In this document: one piece after another, positions 28,309 through 37,703 of the stretch
Layout: each line of letters starts with the position of its first letter
Numbering within the stretch: the stretch's first letter is position 1
IMG/VR virus record: IMGVR_UViG_3300037111_000040
Location: 1 to 64,000 of that record
Source of the DNA: a virus
DNA: 64,000 nucleotides
Reading direction: 5' to 3' (one strand)
Notes under the pieces: model-generated
What the model saw: the letters and a program-made list of their open reading frames with translations, nothing else
The model's database searches: none
Told to the model about the DNA's origin: nothing
Position numbers and translations under genes: made by a program

Positions 28309-28680
28309 ATGAAACATCCAGTTCGCCTCATTGCACTCTGTGTATTGCTCATCTGTGGACGCCTCGCTTTCTCACAGCAGGCCCAATCCCAGACAGCGGC
28401 ACCGGCACCGCCCGCCGCCGCTCCCACCGCCGATCAAGATGCGCCTGTACTCACTTTGGAAGAGAAGATCACCCTCGTCACCGACGATGTGAAGCGCGCT
28501 GATGCGTTCGAGAAAGCGCAGAATTACTTCAAGACGGCGGTGAAGCCAATCGATGAGCACCAGACGGCGACAAAGAAGGTGATCGAGGACGAACATCCGG
28601 GCTGGACTCTCGAAAATGGCGCGGAAGGGTGGCATTTCGTTAAGAAAGTCGAACCGGCGAAGCCGCCAGAGAAAAAGTAG
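28309..28680 (+). CDS. secreted protein
   Basis: Signal peptide MKHPVRLIALCVLLICGRLAFS-QQ; strong hairpin upstream. Confidence 0.6.
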   Translation: MKHPVRLIALCVLLICGRLAFSQQAQSQTAAPAPPAAAPTADQDAPVLTLEEKITLVTDDVKRADAFEKAQNYFKTAVKPIDEHQTATKKVIEDEHPGWTLENGAEGWHFVKKVEPAKPPEKK

Positions 28681-28688
28681 GAACGACC

Positions 28689-29105
28689 GTGACCGAAGAT
28701 CGAGAAGAGCGCATGTTGTTTGCCCTAGAGCAGATTGGGGTATCATTCGGTAGGATCGCGGACGCTCTGGAAGGTCTACATGGAGCAGCAAAAAGTGCAG
28801 GATATCGATTCTGGCCGGACCCCAGACAGCCAAAAGAAGCTGTCGTCTCCCGCGTCAAATCGGAAGAAGACATCGCCAAGGAAGAGCAAGGAAGACTCGA
28901 CCCTTCCCTCTCAATCGAAGACTGGCTCGCCCTCGGAGACCCAAGCGAATGGATGGGAGAACGGGAGCGCGCCTTCCGCGAAGCCGAGCGCCAGCGAAAT
29001 GCCGGTGCCAAGCCCAATAGTGGACCGGAAGGTGGAAGCGTTGAGGCGGCTGAAGGTGAAGCCGGAGCAACTGGAGAAAGCGCCGCCGATCACTCCGCTT
29101 CTTAA
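28689..29105 (+). CDS. hypothetical protein
   Basis: AGGA RBS; protein-like N-terminal two thirds. Confidence 0.45.
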   Translation: MTEDREERMLFALEQIGVSFGRIADALEGLHGAAKSAGYRFWPDPRQPKEAVVSRVKSEEDIAKEEQGRLDPSLSIEDWLALGDPSEWMGERERAFREAERQRNAGAKPNSGPEGGSVEAAEGEAGATGESAADHSAS

Positions 29106-29643
29106 AGACGCCTTCGGAGGCTTGCCAACAGTCATGGAGGCCATGCGGTTCTCTGGTGACGAAGTTGTAACTGCCTTCCTCAAGAAATACGATTCAATTC
29201 CATCGGGCGACCGAGACAATCTTCCTTGGGAAGCCATCGCCATTTCTGCCGGGATAAATCTGAATCATTTTGCTGGATCGGCAATGCTTGCTACGGCGAA
29301 TTACTGCGGCAACAAGAGCAAACTCATCATCGTCACAAACCATCCAGAAATCACAAAAAAGAGAGTGGAGTATGCGCTACTCGCAGGCGGAGAAAAGGAT
29401 CGCTACGCTCTCGATGTGATGGCGGGTGCCATGCCTTCCGCCAAGGGACCGGTCTTCATCGGAAAGGCCAGTTTCGGAGCTTCTGACAGCGGGATCACGA
29501 GAAAGGGAGAAGTGGTTGACGAAGAGGCCACGACCGCAACGGCGGTGTTTGGCGTCGACGACGATCTGGACGAACTTTTCCCCCCGGCGAGCGCGATGCA
29601 AGACAAATTGGTTCCGATCAGGCAACGATTGCTGGACAAATGA
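28999..29643 (+). CDS. putative terminase small subunit
   Basis: Helical protein immediately upstream of TerL; positional call. Confidence 0.4.
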   Translation: MPVPSPIVDRKVEALRRLKVKPEQLEKAPPITPLLKDAFGGLPTVMEAMRFSGDEVVTAFLKKYDSIPSGDRDNLPWEAIAISAGINLNHFAGSAMLATANYCGNKSKLIIVTNHPEITKKRVEYALLAGGEKDRYALDVMAGAMPSAKGPVFIGKASFGASDSGITRKGEVVDEEATTATAVFGVDDDLDELFPPASAMQDKLVPIRQRLLDK

Positions 29644-29646
29644 GAA

Positions 29647-32586
29647 TTGTATAGCCAGAGAATAATCCTCGAAAACGTCGATCAGTTTGAAGCTCAGGAG
29701 GGATGGCGTCCCGTCTACCACACACTTGATGAGGTGAGGGGATTCACCGCGTACATCGAGTCGCTGACCAAGATGGAGAGCAACAGCCGGTCCTCTTACA
29801 TCAGCCTGCTCAGGCCGATCACCGAAAAGAGAAAACAGGAAATCAAGCGTTGGATTCAGAACGAGCAAGTTCTGTGCTCGCTCGATTGCAACTACTGGGA
29901 AACGCGCTACGCTTGGGTGTGCTGCCCAGCCGAGGCTCCGATATGGATGGCCGATTACACGTTCAAACCGATAGGAGAAATCAGAATCGGGGACGAGATT
30001 ATCGGCTTCGAAAAGCGCCCGATCAAGAACAAGCCGAAGGCCACACTAACGTCGCGGGGCAGGAGATGGACGACCGAACTGGATAATCTAACCAAGACAA
30101 AGGTCACGGCCATCCATCGCAAAATCAGCCCGGTAATCAAAGTAACCATGGAATCCGGCAAGATCATCAGATGCACCCCGGATCATCTGTGGTCGAGTGG
30201 GGAAAACGACCGATCCCTTTACCCTTGGATAGCAGCGAGAGTTGGAAAAAGGCTCAGAAGAGTTGTGGATGTTTATCCCAACGATCCTCCCGACGTGCGA
30301 CTGGCGGCTTGGCTTGGAGGAATGTACGACGGAGAGGGAAGCGGAGCAGAAATCGCCCAGTATCGCGGGCATAATCCAGAGGTACATCAAAAGCTCGTCG
30401 ATGCCATGAAGATGTTTGGATTCGAACAGAAATTTCGCAGCGGAAAATGTGAGAAAGGTTCCGAATATAAAGGCTTCAGCGACACATGTGTCAGGATCAA
30501 CGGAGAGATCACCGGGAAGGCAAAATTTGCCGCGTGGTGCAAGCCAGTCAGGATGGGAAGCCTTGAGAAGCACATCCTTCAAACGCTCCGAGCGTATCGC
30601 GACAGGATCGTCGACATCCAACCTGACGGCGAAGAAGAAGTGTTTGCGCTCACGACCGGAACTGGGAACTACGTCGCGTGGGGATACGCCAGCAAAAATT
30701 GCGACGAAAAGGGAAACATCTACAAGTTCCAGCCACGGCTCTCACAGAAACTCCTTGACGCTGTGATCGCCGAATTCGACGAGAAACAGGTCTCGATTGA
30801 GCTTCTCGTCCTCAAAGGTAGACAGCTTGGCGTCACCACATGGGCGGCGCTGAAGTTCCTTCGCCGGATGCTGTTCGTGCCGCACACGCAGGCCATCATG
30901 GCGTCGGTGCAGGCCGACAAATCGGAACTGATTGGAAGAATCCTCGACACAGCCTATAACCGGTGTCCATGGTGGCTCGTTCCGCGCAGGCTCCCGAAGA
31001 GGGCTTTCGAGAACGGATCGGTCCTCTCGATCCAGTCTGGTATGCAGGCTACGGGCTTAGCTCAGGGCTGGACGCCGTCGTGCGTACATGTCTCGGAACT
31101 CGCCGACATTCCGAATCCGCAGAAGACGATTGAGGAAGGCTTGCTCCGCGCGACGCACTCTTCGCGCAACCTCTTCATGGTCCTTGAGGGAACTGGCGGC
31201 GGAAACATCGGCTGGCTCGCAGATAGCTGGAAGAGCGCGAAGGAAGATTGGCCAAAAGGTCAGTCTCGTCTCTGTCCGATCTTCGTTCCATGGCCGATGG
31301 CTCCCGACATTTATCCGGAGCCCGACTGGATCAGGAAATTCCCACCCGATGGGGCATTTGACCCCCGCGATGAGGCGACGCGCAAGCACGTTGCGAGATG
31401 CGAATCGTACATCCGCAACACTCCATACTTGGCCAAGGTCGCCGGTAGGAACTGGAAGATGCCTATCGAGCAGCAGTGGTTCTGGCAGTTCAATTACAAG
31501 CAAGCTTGCAAGAATCACACACAAAAAATCTGGCTCGCGCAGATGCCCGCCGACGACTACGAAGCTCTCACTGGCGTCCATGACACGGTGTTCGAGCCCG
31601 AGGTCATTGATGAGGTCGAGAACCGTGTTTATGAAATCATGACCAAGAGCAGCGGAGACGCGAAAGTTCGGAGAGTTCCACTCGAAGCCTACGCGATCAC
31701 TGGCCACTCGATAGACGCGACGTTTGAGCCCGATGACGCGATAATCGATGGGGATAAGGAAATCATCCCCATCACATGGAAATCGTATCGCGGGGACCGG
31801 TATGAGTGGGAGTTGGTTCCCCTTCTCCCACTGAACGAAGCCACAGAAAGAGACACGTTTGACAAACTTCTGGTCTATGAGCCGCCGCGTTCTGGATTCG
31901 ATTACGCATGTGGAGTGGACACGGCTGACGGCCTTGACAAGGAAGACGAAGAACGGGCGTGCGCGTCGATCAGCAAAGTGGGGACCGGGATCGACTACGA
32001 CGAGCAAGCTTGCGAGATCACGAGCCGCAGGATGAACCCCGCCCAAATGGTCCCGTTCGTAGCGTGCATGGCCGCTTGGTATGGACAGAAGGCGAAGGAC
32101 TGGAGAGGCGTTAAGTTCGCCATCGAGCAGATCAGGGGACCGGGAGATACCTGCCAGAACCAGCTAAAAATCATGGGCTTCAACTACCACCACGTCCCGC
32201 GCCGGTACGACTCGAAGAAAGTGAAGGACGACTCGAAGCACAAACAGGGATGGTACTCGACGACATGGAGTGTTCCGATCCTGATGACGCGCTTCGTCGA
32301 GGCCGTGAACGGAGGGTGGTATATTCCAAAGTCTAGGTGGTTGATCGAAGAACTGAAAACGCTTGAGCGCCACATCACCGGAAGCAAATCGAAGATGGAG
32401 CACAGGAGCGGGCAATTCGACGACCGCGTGAGAGCAGCGGCACAGAGCTACTTCACGACACACGATCTTGACGATCTTGCCGAGAGAGCGCAGAAGCGCT
32501 ACGCTATCCCACAAAGGAAAAAGCGCGATCAGGAACCGGCAATGTGCGCGTCAAATGTTTTTTCAGTTGGAGACTGGAACGATTAA
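29647..32586 (+). CDS. terL: terminase large subunit (intein-containing)
   Basis: LKGRQLGVTT Walker A, VHVSE Walker B, LEGTGGG, nuclease GVDTADG and FDDRV. Confidence 0.85.
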   Translation: MYSQRIILENVDQFEAQEGWRPVYHTLDEVRGFTAYIESLTKMESNSRSSYISLLRPITEKRKQEIKRWIQNEQVLCSLDCNYWETRYAWVCCPAEAPIWMADYTFKPIGEIRIGDEIIGFEKRPIKNKPKATLTSRGRRWTTELDNLTKTKVTAIHRKISPVIKVTMESGKIIRCTPDHLWSSGENDRSLYPWIAARVGKRLRRVVDVYPNDPPDVRLAAWLGGMYDGEGSGAEIAQYRGHNPEVHQKLVDAMKMFGFEQKFRSGKCEKGSEYKGFSDTCVRINGEITGKAKFAAWCKPVRMGSLEKHILQTLRAYRDRIVDIQPDGEEEVFALTTGTGNYVAWGYASKNCDEKGNIYKFQPRLSQKLLDAVIAEFDEKQVSIELLVLKGRQLGVTTWAALKFLRRMLFVPHTQAIMASVQADKSELIGRILDTAYNRCPWWLVPRRLPKRAFENGSVLSIQSGMQATGLAQGWTPSCVHVSELADIPNPQKTIEEGLLRATHSSRNLFMVLEGTGGGNIGWLADSWKSAKEDWPKGQSRLCPIFVPWPMAPDIYPEPDWIRKFPPDGAFDPRDEATRKHVARCESYIRNTPYLAKVAGRNWKMPIEQQWFWQFNYKQACKNHTQKIWLAQMPADDYEALTGVHDTVFEPEVIDEVENRVYEIMTKSSGDAKVRRVPLEAYAITGHSIDATFEPDDAIIDGDKEIIPITWKSYRGDRYEWELVPLLPLNEATERDTFDKLLVYEPPRSGFDYACGVDTADGLDKEDEERACASISKVGTGIDYDEQACEITSRRMNPAQMVPFVACMAAWYGQKAKDWRGVKFAIEQIRGPGDTCQNQLKIMGFNYHHVPRRYDSKKVKDDSKHKQGWYSTTWSVPILMTRFVEAVNGGWYIPKSRWLIEELKTLERHITGSKSKMEHRSGQFDDRVRAAAQSYFTTHDLDDLAERAQKRYAIPQRKKRDQEPAMCASNVFSVGDWND
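29920..30699 (+). mobile_element. intein (260 aa) with LAGLIDADG-like core
   Basis: Starts CCPAEAPIWMAD, block B IRCTPDHLW, WLGGMYDGEG, ends GNYVAWGYASKN followed by Cys. Confidence 0.9.
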
Positions 32587-32597
32587 GGGAGAATATC

Positions 32598-32987
32598 ATG
32601 AACGCACAATTAGGCAAGAAGCCAGTTTTCTACTATGACAGCACGCGGGGAGAAATACGTTCAGGTCTTCCAGAGCAGTTTCCGGCCCCGTATGGGTTCC
32701 AGAAAATCGTTTGCAATACGGCTCATGAGGCTGAGATGTGGTCTGCTCGGCAGCGGAAATGGGAAGATTTCATCAACGGATTGACGGATCACGAGCGTGA
32801 AATGGCTGAAGGACCAATACGCGACCAGATTCGCTCCGAGCGACGGCACTTGATGGCAAATGCCCGCAACAACTTCAACAGAGACTTCCTGCGTCGGGCT
32901 CAAGAAGAGAGCGAAAAGAGGGAATATCCGTGGAAGTCCAAGCGCGAGAGTTACCTGCATTCGGAAGGCTTCGAGAGCGGACATTGA
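32598..32987 (+). CDS. hypothetical protein
   Basis: GGGAG RBS; between terL and portal. Confidence 0.55.
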   Translation: MNAQLGKKPVFYYDSTRGEIRSGLPEQFPAPYGFQKIVCNTAHEAEMWSARQRKWEDFINGLTDHEREMAEGPIRDQIRSERRHLMANARNNFNRDFLRRAQEESEKREYPWKSKRESYLHSEGFESGH

Positions 32988-33033
32988 CAATTTTGTAGAC
33001 GCAAGAACGGCTTTGCCGTAAACTTCACACTGA

Positions 33034-35202
33034 TTGGGATTTGCAGCAGCAGTCGCTTGGGAGGCGACTGAACCGGGAGAGAACGAAGGCCGCGTGCCGC
33101 CAGAACTCGAAACAATCAGATGGCAAGTTCCCGGCTGGGAAGCCAGAGCGAGCGACAAGATCGCATGGATCGAAGAGCAAATAAAAGAGGGTGAGGGATA
33201 TCTTAGCAATCAGCCCTCGTACACGAACCTCACGCGCAATCTTCGCATTTTTGACGGCATATTCAAGGACAAAACAAAGTCTTCTCTCGTCACGAACCAA
33301 CTGAAATACAACATCAGAAAATTCTGTGAGACACTCGCTGAGGTCCGTGAAATCGCCGGATTTTCGAGCGATGTTCCGGCCTACAAACCGATGGCTGAGA
33401 TGCTCACGAAGGTCTCGAAGTGCGTCTACATCGAGTCCGACTTCCCGTACCAAATCCTCAGAGTCCTGCAATACGCGACCGTGATGGGTATCGGATATTT
33501 GTGGCCGAAAGTCGTCCCCACTGAGTACGGGTTCGGCCCGCGCGAGATGCGCTTCGATGCGCTCGGATTGCTGGACGTTGTCCCTGTCCAGATTCCTTCG
33601 CGAAGCAACGACGTGCAGGACGCCTATGCGGTCACAATCTACGACTACATGCCGATTGCTGAGGCGTATGCAAAGTTCCCGTTGTTCCAAGGCCAATTGC
33701 AGACAGTCGGGAGGAACAACTACAAGACGCTGATGCAAGCCCAGCGGCAGGATTTTGCGGCGACGTGGCGCTACGGAAGCATTGCAGAGACGCAAAGCCG
33801 CAGCTTCGGAAACCTCTACACCGAGATCAGGTACACGTTCATCCGCGACATACGGATCAACACGACAGACAAAGAAATGTTGATGGGCGATCCCGGAACG
33901 ACGTGGTTTTACAAGGTCCCTTACCTTGGTCAAGAAATTTTTGGAGGGATGAGAAATGGGCAACCTTACTATCGCCCTGCAATGGTGGAGGATTGCCGGA
34001 TTTACCCCAATCTCCGGCTCATTATATCTTCCGGTGGACTCGACAGGCCGATGTACGACGGCACTTCATTCGATTGGGATTCCAAGATTCCGATCATCCA
34101 GTACACGGTAGACGACTGGGCGTGGGAAGCGCTTGGACGCTCGCTTGTTGGGAACGTGGCGTCGATTGAGTCGACGATCCGCAAGCACGAGCGCCTCTTC
34201 GATCAGGTTCTCTCGGCTAGGCTCAATCCGCCGATGGGCTACGACTTGGACAGCACTGGTGGACCGAAGGTCGAACACTTCGACATCTTCGAGCCCGACG
34301 TGCGCCTCGGATTGGCGGGCGGCGAGCCGAGTAAAACATTCCAGTCGATCCTTCCAAAAGAGGTTGATGTAGGCGCAGAGAATCGCGAATTTTTGAAGTA
34401 CCTCGGCGATAAGGAACTCGCGCAACTTGGCCTCAATGACGTTGGAAACTTGGCCAACATCAAGCTGAACATCGCCAACGAAACAGCCGACAAGATGCTG
34501 GAGTCGATTGGTCCCATCGCGAAGGGAATCGCGATGAGAATCGAGAAGGCCAACAAGCGCGTTGGCGAAAGACTCAAGTTCCTTATCCCGCAGTGGTTCG
34601 ATGCGGCGAGGCTCATCGATTACGTCGGACAAGACAATATCGCCAAGGAAATGTTTGACTACGATCCGAGCCAGATGGTTCCAAGCCACTTACCGGATGA
34701 ATTCATCAGCGGTCTCTATCCGGAGACAAAGTCTCGCTATGACTTGACAACCAGAGCAAAGTTCTTCGTCAAGAAGCTGAGGCTCATATCTGTACCGAGC
34801 ATGTTGCTGAAGATCACGGCCATGCAGGAGCAACTGAAGTTCCTGCAATTAAAGCGGTCTCCAGATTGCCCGATCAGTTGGGACACGGTATTCAAGAAGC
34901 TCGACATTGCCAATCCAAAAGAAGAGATGCAAAAGTATTTCAAGGAGCAGTTAGAGCTTACGAAGATGAAGCTTCTAGCGGCGGCTCTCGCTCAGCAAGA
35001 AATGAAGAAGCTTGGTCTGCAACCTCCAGAAGAAGGCGGAGGCGCTGGCGGAGGCAAGGGTGGTGGCGGCAAGGGAGGAGGCGGTGGAGGTGGAGCACCA
35101 CACGCCGGAGGCCGTCCACCTTCAGGTCAGCGTGGGCCGAGGCTCGCGCAAAAAGGCGGAGCAGGCGGTGAGGCGAGAACGGTTGTGAAGGAATCGAGTT
35201 AG
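33034..35202 (+). CDS. probable portal protein
   Basis: 722 aa after TerL; helical, Gly/Lys-rich tail; mostly positional. Confidence 0.6.
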   Translation: MGFAAAVAWEATEPGENEGRVPPELETIRWQVPGWEARASDKIAWIEEQIKEGEGYLSNQPSYTNLTRNLRIFDGIFKDKTKSSLVTNQLKYNIRKFCETLAEVREIAGFSSDVPAYKPMAEMLTKVSKCVYIESDFPYQILRVLQYATVMGIGYLWPKVVPTEYGFGPREMRFDALGLLDVVPVQIPSRSNDVQDAYAVTIYDYMPIAEAYAKFPLFQGQLQTVGRNNYKTLMQAQRQDFAATWRYGSIAETQSRSFGNLYTEIRYTFIRDIRINTTDKEMLMGDPGTTWFYKVPYLGQEIFGGMRNGQPYYRPAMVEDCRIYPNLRLIISSGGLDRPMYDGTSFDWDSKIPIIQYTVDDWAWEALGRSLVGNVASIESTIRKHERLFDQVLSARLNPPMGYDLDSTGGPKVEHFDIFEPDVRLGLAGGEPSKTFQSILPKEVDVGAENREFLKYLGDKELAQLGLNDVGNLANIKLNIANETADKMLESIGPIAKGIAMRIEKANKRVGERLKFLIPQWFDAARLIDYVGQDNIAKEMFDYDPSQMVPSHLPDEFISGLYPETKSRYDLTTRAKFFVKKLRLISVPSMLLKITAMQEQLKFLQLKRSPDCPISWDTVFKKLDIANPKEEMQKYFKEQLELTKMKLLAAALAQQEMKKLGLQPPEEGGGAGGGKGGGGKGGGGGGGAPHAGGRPPSGQRGPRLAQKGGAGGEARTVVKESS

Positions 35203-35219
35203 GGATACAAGGAGATTGG

Positions 35220-35459
35220 ATGACGATCAAGGTCAAAGTTCAAAGGGATTACTTGAAAACTGAGGTTTCGTTGGACCTTCCGGCAAGTGTGTCGGAAGCA
35301 GACGAAATCATGCGGACGATGGAGAGCAACGGCAAGATGGTTGTTCTCTACAATGGCGGTCACGTTGCTGGAATAAACTTGGAGCAGAATACGAAGCTGA
35401 ACGAGACGCAGTCCGAAAAAGTTCGCCATTTAATTGCGATCAAGGATGAGATTCTGTAG
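35220..35459 (+). CDS. hypothetical protein
   Basis: AAGGAG RBS. Confidence 0.55.
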   Translation: MTIKVKVQRDYLKTEVSLDLPASVSEADEIMRTMESNGKMVVLYNGGHVAGINLEQNTKLNETQSEKVRHLIAIKDEIL

Positions 35460-35521
35460 CGCATGGACGCGCTCGGAAAGCGCAGTTACAAGAAACTCTT
35501 AGACTTATCTAAAAATTTTGC

Positions 35522-35634
35522 TTGACAAGAATTTGGATAGGGTCTAAGTTACGGAATTGAATCATAGCGCGTGCCCCCCTCCTTTGGGAACAAGCGGCGG
35601 CTAGAGCGAAACGGCTCAGCCGCCGCTTTCGTTT
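35522..35634 (+). promoter_or_regulatory. promoter plus structured leader (element A)
   Basis: TTGACA-17-TAAGTT; stem AAGCGGCGGCT/AGCCGCCGCTT; shares GGGAA(A)CAAGCGGCGGCT with 52801. Confidence 0.55.
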
Positions 35635-35667
35635 GCAACCAACTTCAAACCACAAAGGAGAATCACC

Positions 35668-35769
35668 ATGAAGCATCGCGTATCGCTCAAGGGAGCACAC
35701 GTCAAGAAGGCCAAGGGCGGCAAGCGTCGCAGCAAGCGCCACAGCAAGAAGTCAGCCCTCAAGGCTTAA
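35668..35769 (+). CDS. protamine-like basic microprotein (33 aa)
   Basis: AAGGAG RBS; MKHRVSLKGAHVKKAKGGKRRSKRHSKKSALKA. Confidence 0.65.
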   Translation: MKHRVSLKGAHVKKAKGGKRRSKRHSKKSALKA

Positions 35770-35805
35770 TCCGGTAGCCAACCTCTGAACGGGAGTTAGA
35801 AGCAC

Positions 35806-36117
35806 ATGGCTACGACAGGAATGCCTTCGCCAGATCAGCAGAGTCCGAGCGCCGCTCCACCCTCACCGGGTGGCGGCGCTTCGGCTCAGGTGCCATCGTC
35901 AGGCGGCTCCCAGTCAGGAGCACCGTCCCAAAATCCTGCCAATCAAATCCAACAACTGCTAGGCAACTGGAGTAACGTCGCGCAGCAAGTCGCGCAAGCG
36001 TACCCGCAAATCGCTTCGCAGATGAACAAGATCGTTCAGGCGATAGGCGAAGCACAGACTGCGATGGTCACGCCTTCACAGCCGACGCCTAGCGCACAGC
36101 AACCAATGATGGGCTAA
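35806..36117 (+). CDS. Gln/Pro/Ser-rich head-module protein
   Basis: GGGAG RBS; between portal and scaffold. Confidence 0.55.
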   Translation: MATTGMPSPDQQSPSAAPPSPGGGASAQVPSSGGSQSGAPSQNPANQIQQLLGNWSNVAQQVAQAYPQIASQMNKIVQAIGEAQTAMVTPSQPTPSAQQPMMG

Positions 36118-36134
36118 CAAAATCCGGGAAAACG

Positions 36135-36632
36135 GTGAATCTGAAAGTGAAATTTCCAAAGCCAACACGGGAGCCGAGCGAGATCGATTGGGCGAGACTA
36201 TCCGCCTTCATCGACGGAGAAGGTTCGATAACGATCGACAACAAGATGCACCCAAGCGGGAAAAGACTAACGTACCTGAAATTGGCCGTCTACAATTCCG
36301 ATCCCCGTCTCCCGGAGTGGCTCCGCGAGAGATTTGGAGGAGCGATTTATTTAGTAGATCGCGGCGGACAAAACTGGGCGAAATCTTATGCATGGCAGGT
36401 CTCAGCCGCACTCGCAGCTTCGATATTGACAAATTGCCTTAATTTTTTTGTTATCAAGCGCGAGCAGGCAGAGATTGGGTTGGCTCACCAAAGATTGGTT
36501 TTTAGGCCGGGAATCAAGGGCCACGATCCAAAGAATTACGAGCATCGGTTGGAACTGAGAGATCAACTCTCAATGCTCAAAACACCCACTTCTCGTCGGA
36601 AGGACCTGCGGGAACAGCCAACAATTCAATAA
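36135..36632 (+). CDS. single-motif LAGLIDADG homing endonuclease
   Basis: WARLSAFIDGEGSI, FGG, IKREQA. Confidence 0.85.
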   Translation: MNLKVKFPKPTREPSEIDWARLSAFIDGEGSITIDNKMHPSGKRLTYLKLAVYNSDPRLPEWLRERFGGAIYLVDRGGQNWAKSYAWQVSAALAASILTNCLNFFVIKREQAEIGLAHQRLVFRPGIKGHDPKNYEHRLELRDQLSMLKTPTSRRKDLREQPTIQ

Positions 36633-36649
36633 ACCGGGAGATATTGACT

Positions 36650-37657
36650 ATGAAGACTTTAGGACAAGTTCTTTTACAAAGTGGCTGGACGCAGGAGCAG
36701 ATAGACGCTCTTGATTCGAAAGCTGTCAACGGACTCAATACCGTTCTGACCACGGCATCTCAAGCAGAGGCGACCGCGATTCAGAAAGAGCAAGAAGCGA
36801 CGGCGGCGGCGGCAAAGGCCGAAGCTGATCGCAAAGCCGCTGAAGATTCGGCGGCGGCGGCAAAGGCCGCACAGGACGCGGCAGAACTTTCCAAGCGCAG
36901 CGTCGACGAATTTTGGCACAACACCTACAATCCCGGCATCGCGCAGTGGGAGAAGGAACGCAACGAGTTGACGAAGAAGGCCACGGACGCAGCAGCCGAA
37001 GCGGCGTTCTATAAGACACAGAGAGAAGGCTACCTGAAGGAGTTCAAGATCGATCCGTCAAGCGCGCCGACCTTCGTTGCCCCGACCCCGGACCCAAAGA
37101 ACCCTGCCAGTCCGCCGACACCCGGCACTCCTCAGTTTGTCGACCCGAACGTGGTAGTCAGCCGCGTCGGTGACGGCATGAACGAACTTCTGAACATCCA
37201 GTGGAAGTACCAGTCGCTCTACGGCGGCGCACCGCTTCCAATGGCCCCGAGCGAACTCATCACGCAGGCGACGGCTTTAAAACTGAGCCCGATGGAGTAC
37301 GCGTCGAGGACGTTCAAGTTCGCCGAGAAGGAAGAGGCGGCACGCCAAGCAGCGGCCAAGGCCCACGACGATCAGGTCGCGGCGACGGCGACAGCGGCCA
37401 AGGACGAAGCGCACAAGCTGGAGCTTCAGAAACTTCAGGACGAGTTCAACGCGAAGGAACGGCTCCGCGCCGAACAAGCTGGAAGCAATGGCGATGTGAA
37501 GTTGCCTCCGGGATCATCGAAGTTCGCCGATTTACGGCGTGCGACGAGTGCTGGCGAGCGGCCCGATCCGACGAAGTTGACCCAACAACAGCGCAGAGAG
37601 TTGACGCTCAACAACATCCACAAGGCTGTCGAAGAGCGCGAGCAAGCAGTAGCGTAA
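36650..37657 (+). CDS. probable capsid scaffolding protein
   Basis: Ala/Glu/Lys coiled coils directly upstream of putative MCP. Confidence 0.55.
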   Translation: MKTLGQVLLQSGWTQEQIDALDSKAVNGLNTVLTTASQAEATAIQKEQEATAAAAKAEADRKAAEDSAAAAKAAQDAAELSKRSVDEFWHNTYNPGIAQWEKERNELTKKATDAAAEAAFYKTQREGYLKEFKIDPSSAPTFVAPTPDPKNPASPPTPGTPQFVDPNVVVSRVGDGMNELLNIQWKYQSLYGGAPLPMAPSELITQATALKLSPMEYASRTFKFAEKEEAARQAAAKAHDDQVAATATAAKDEAHKLELQKLQDEFNAKERLRAEQAGSNGDVKLPPGSSKFADLRRATSAGERPDPTKLTQQQRRELTLNNIHKAVEEREQAVA

Positions 37658-37703
37658 GAAGTTCGATTGAAATAACGGCCTAACAAGCCAAAAGGAAACC
37701 AAA

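Noticed and set aside
28735-28998. N-terminal part of the 302-aa ORF before terL
   Set aside because: Ser/Pro-rich shadow of gene 28689-29105; ATG 28999 is the more plausible start
31057-34689. Long minus-strand ORFs opposite terL and portal
   Set aside because: Antisense shadows of GC-rich coding sequence with no coupling or motifs
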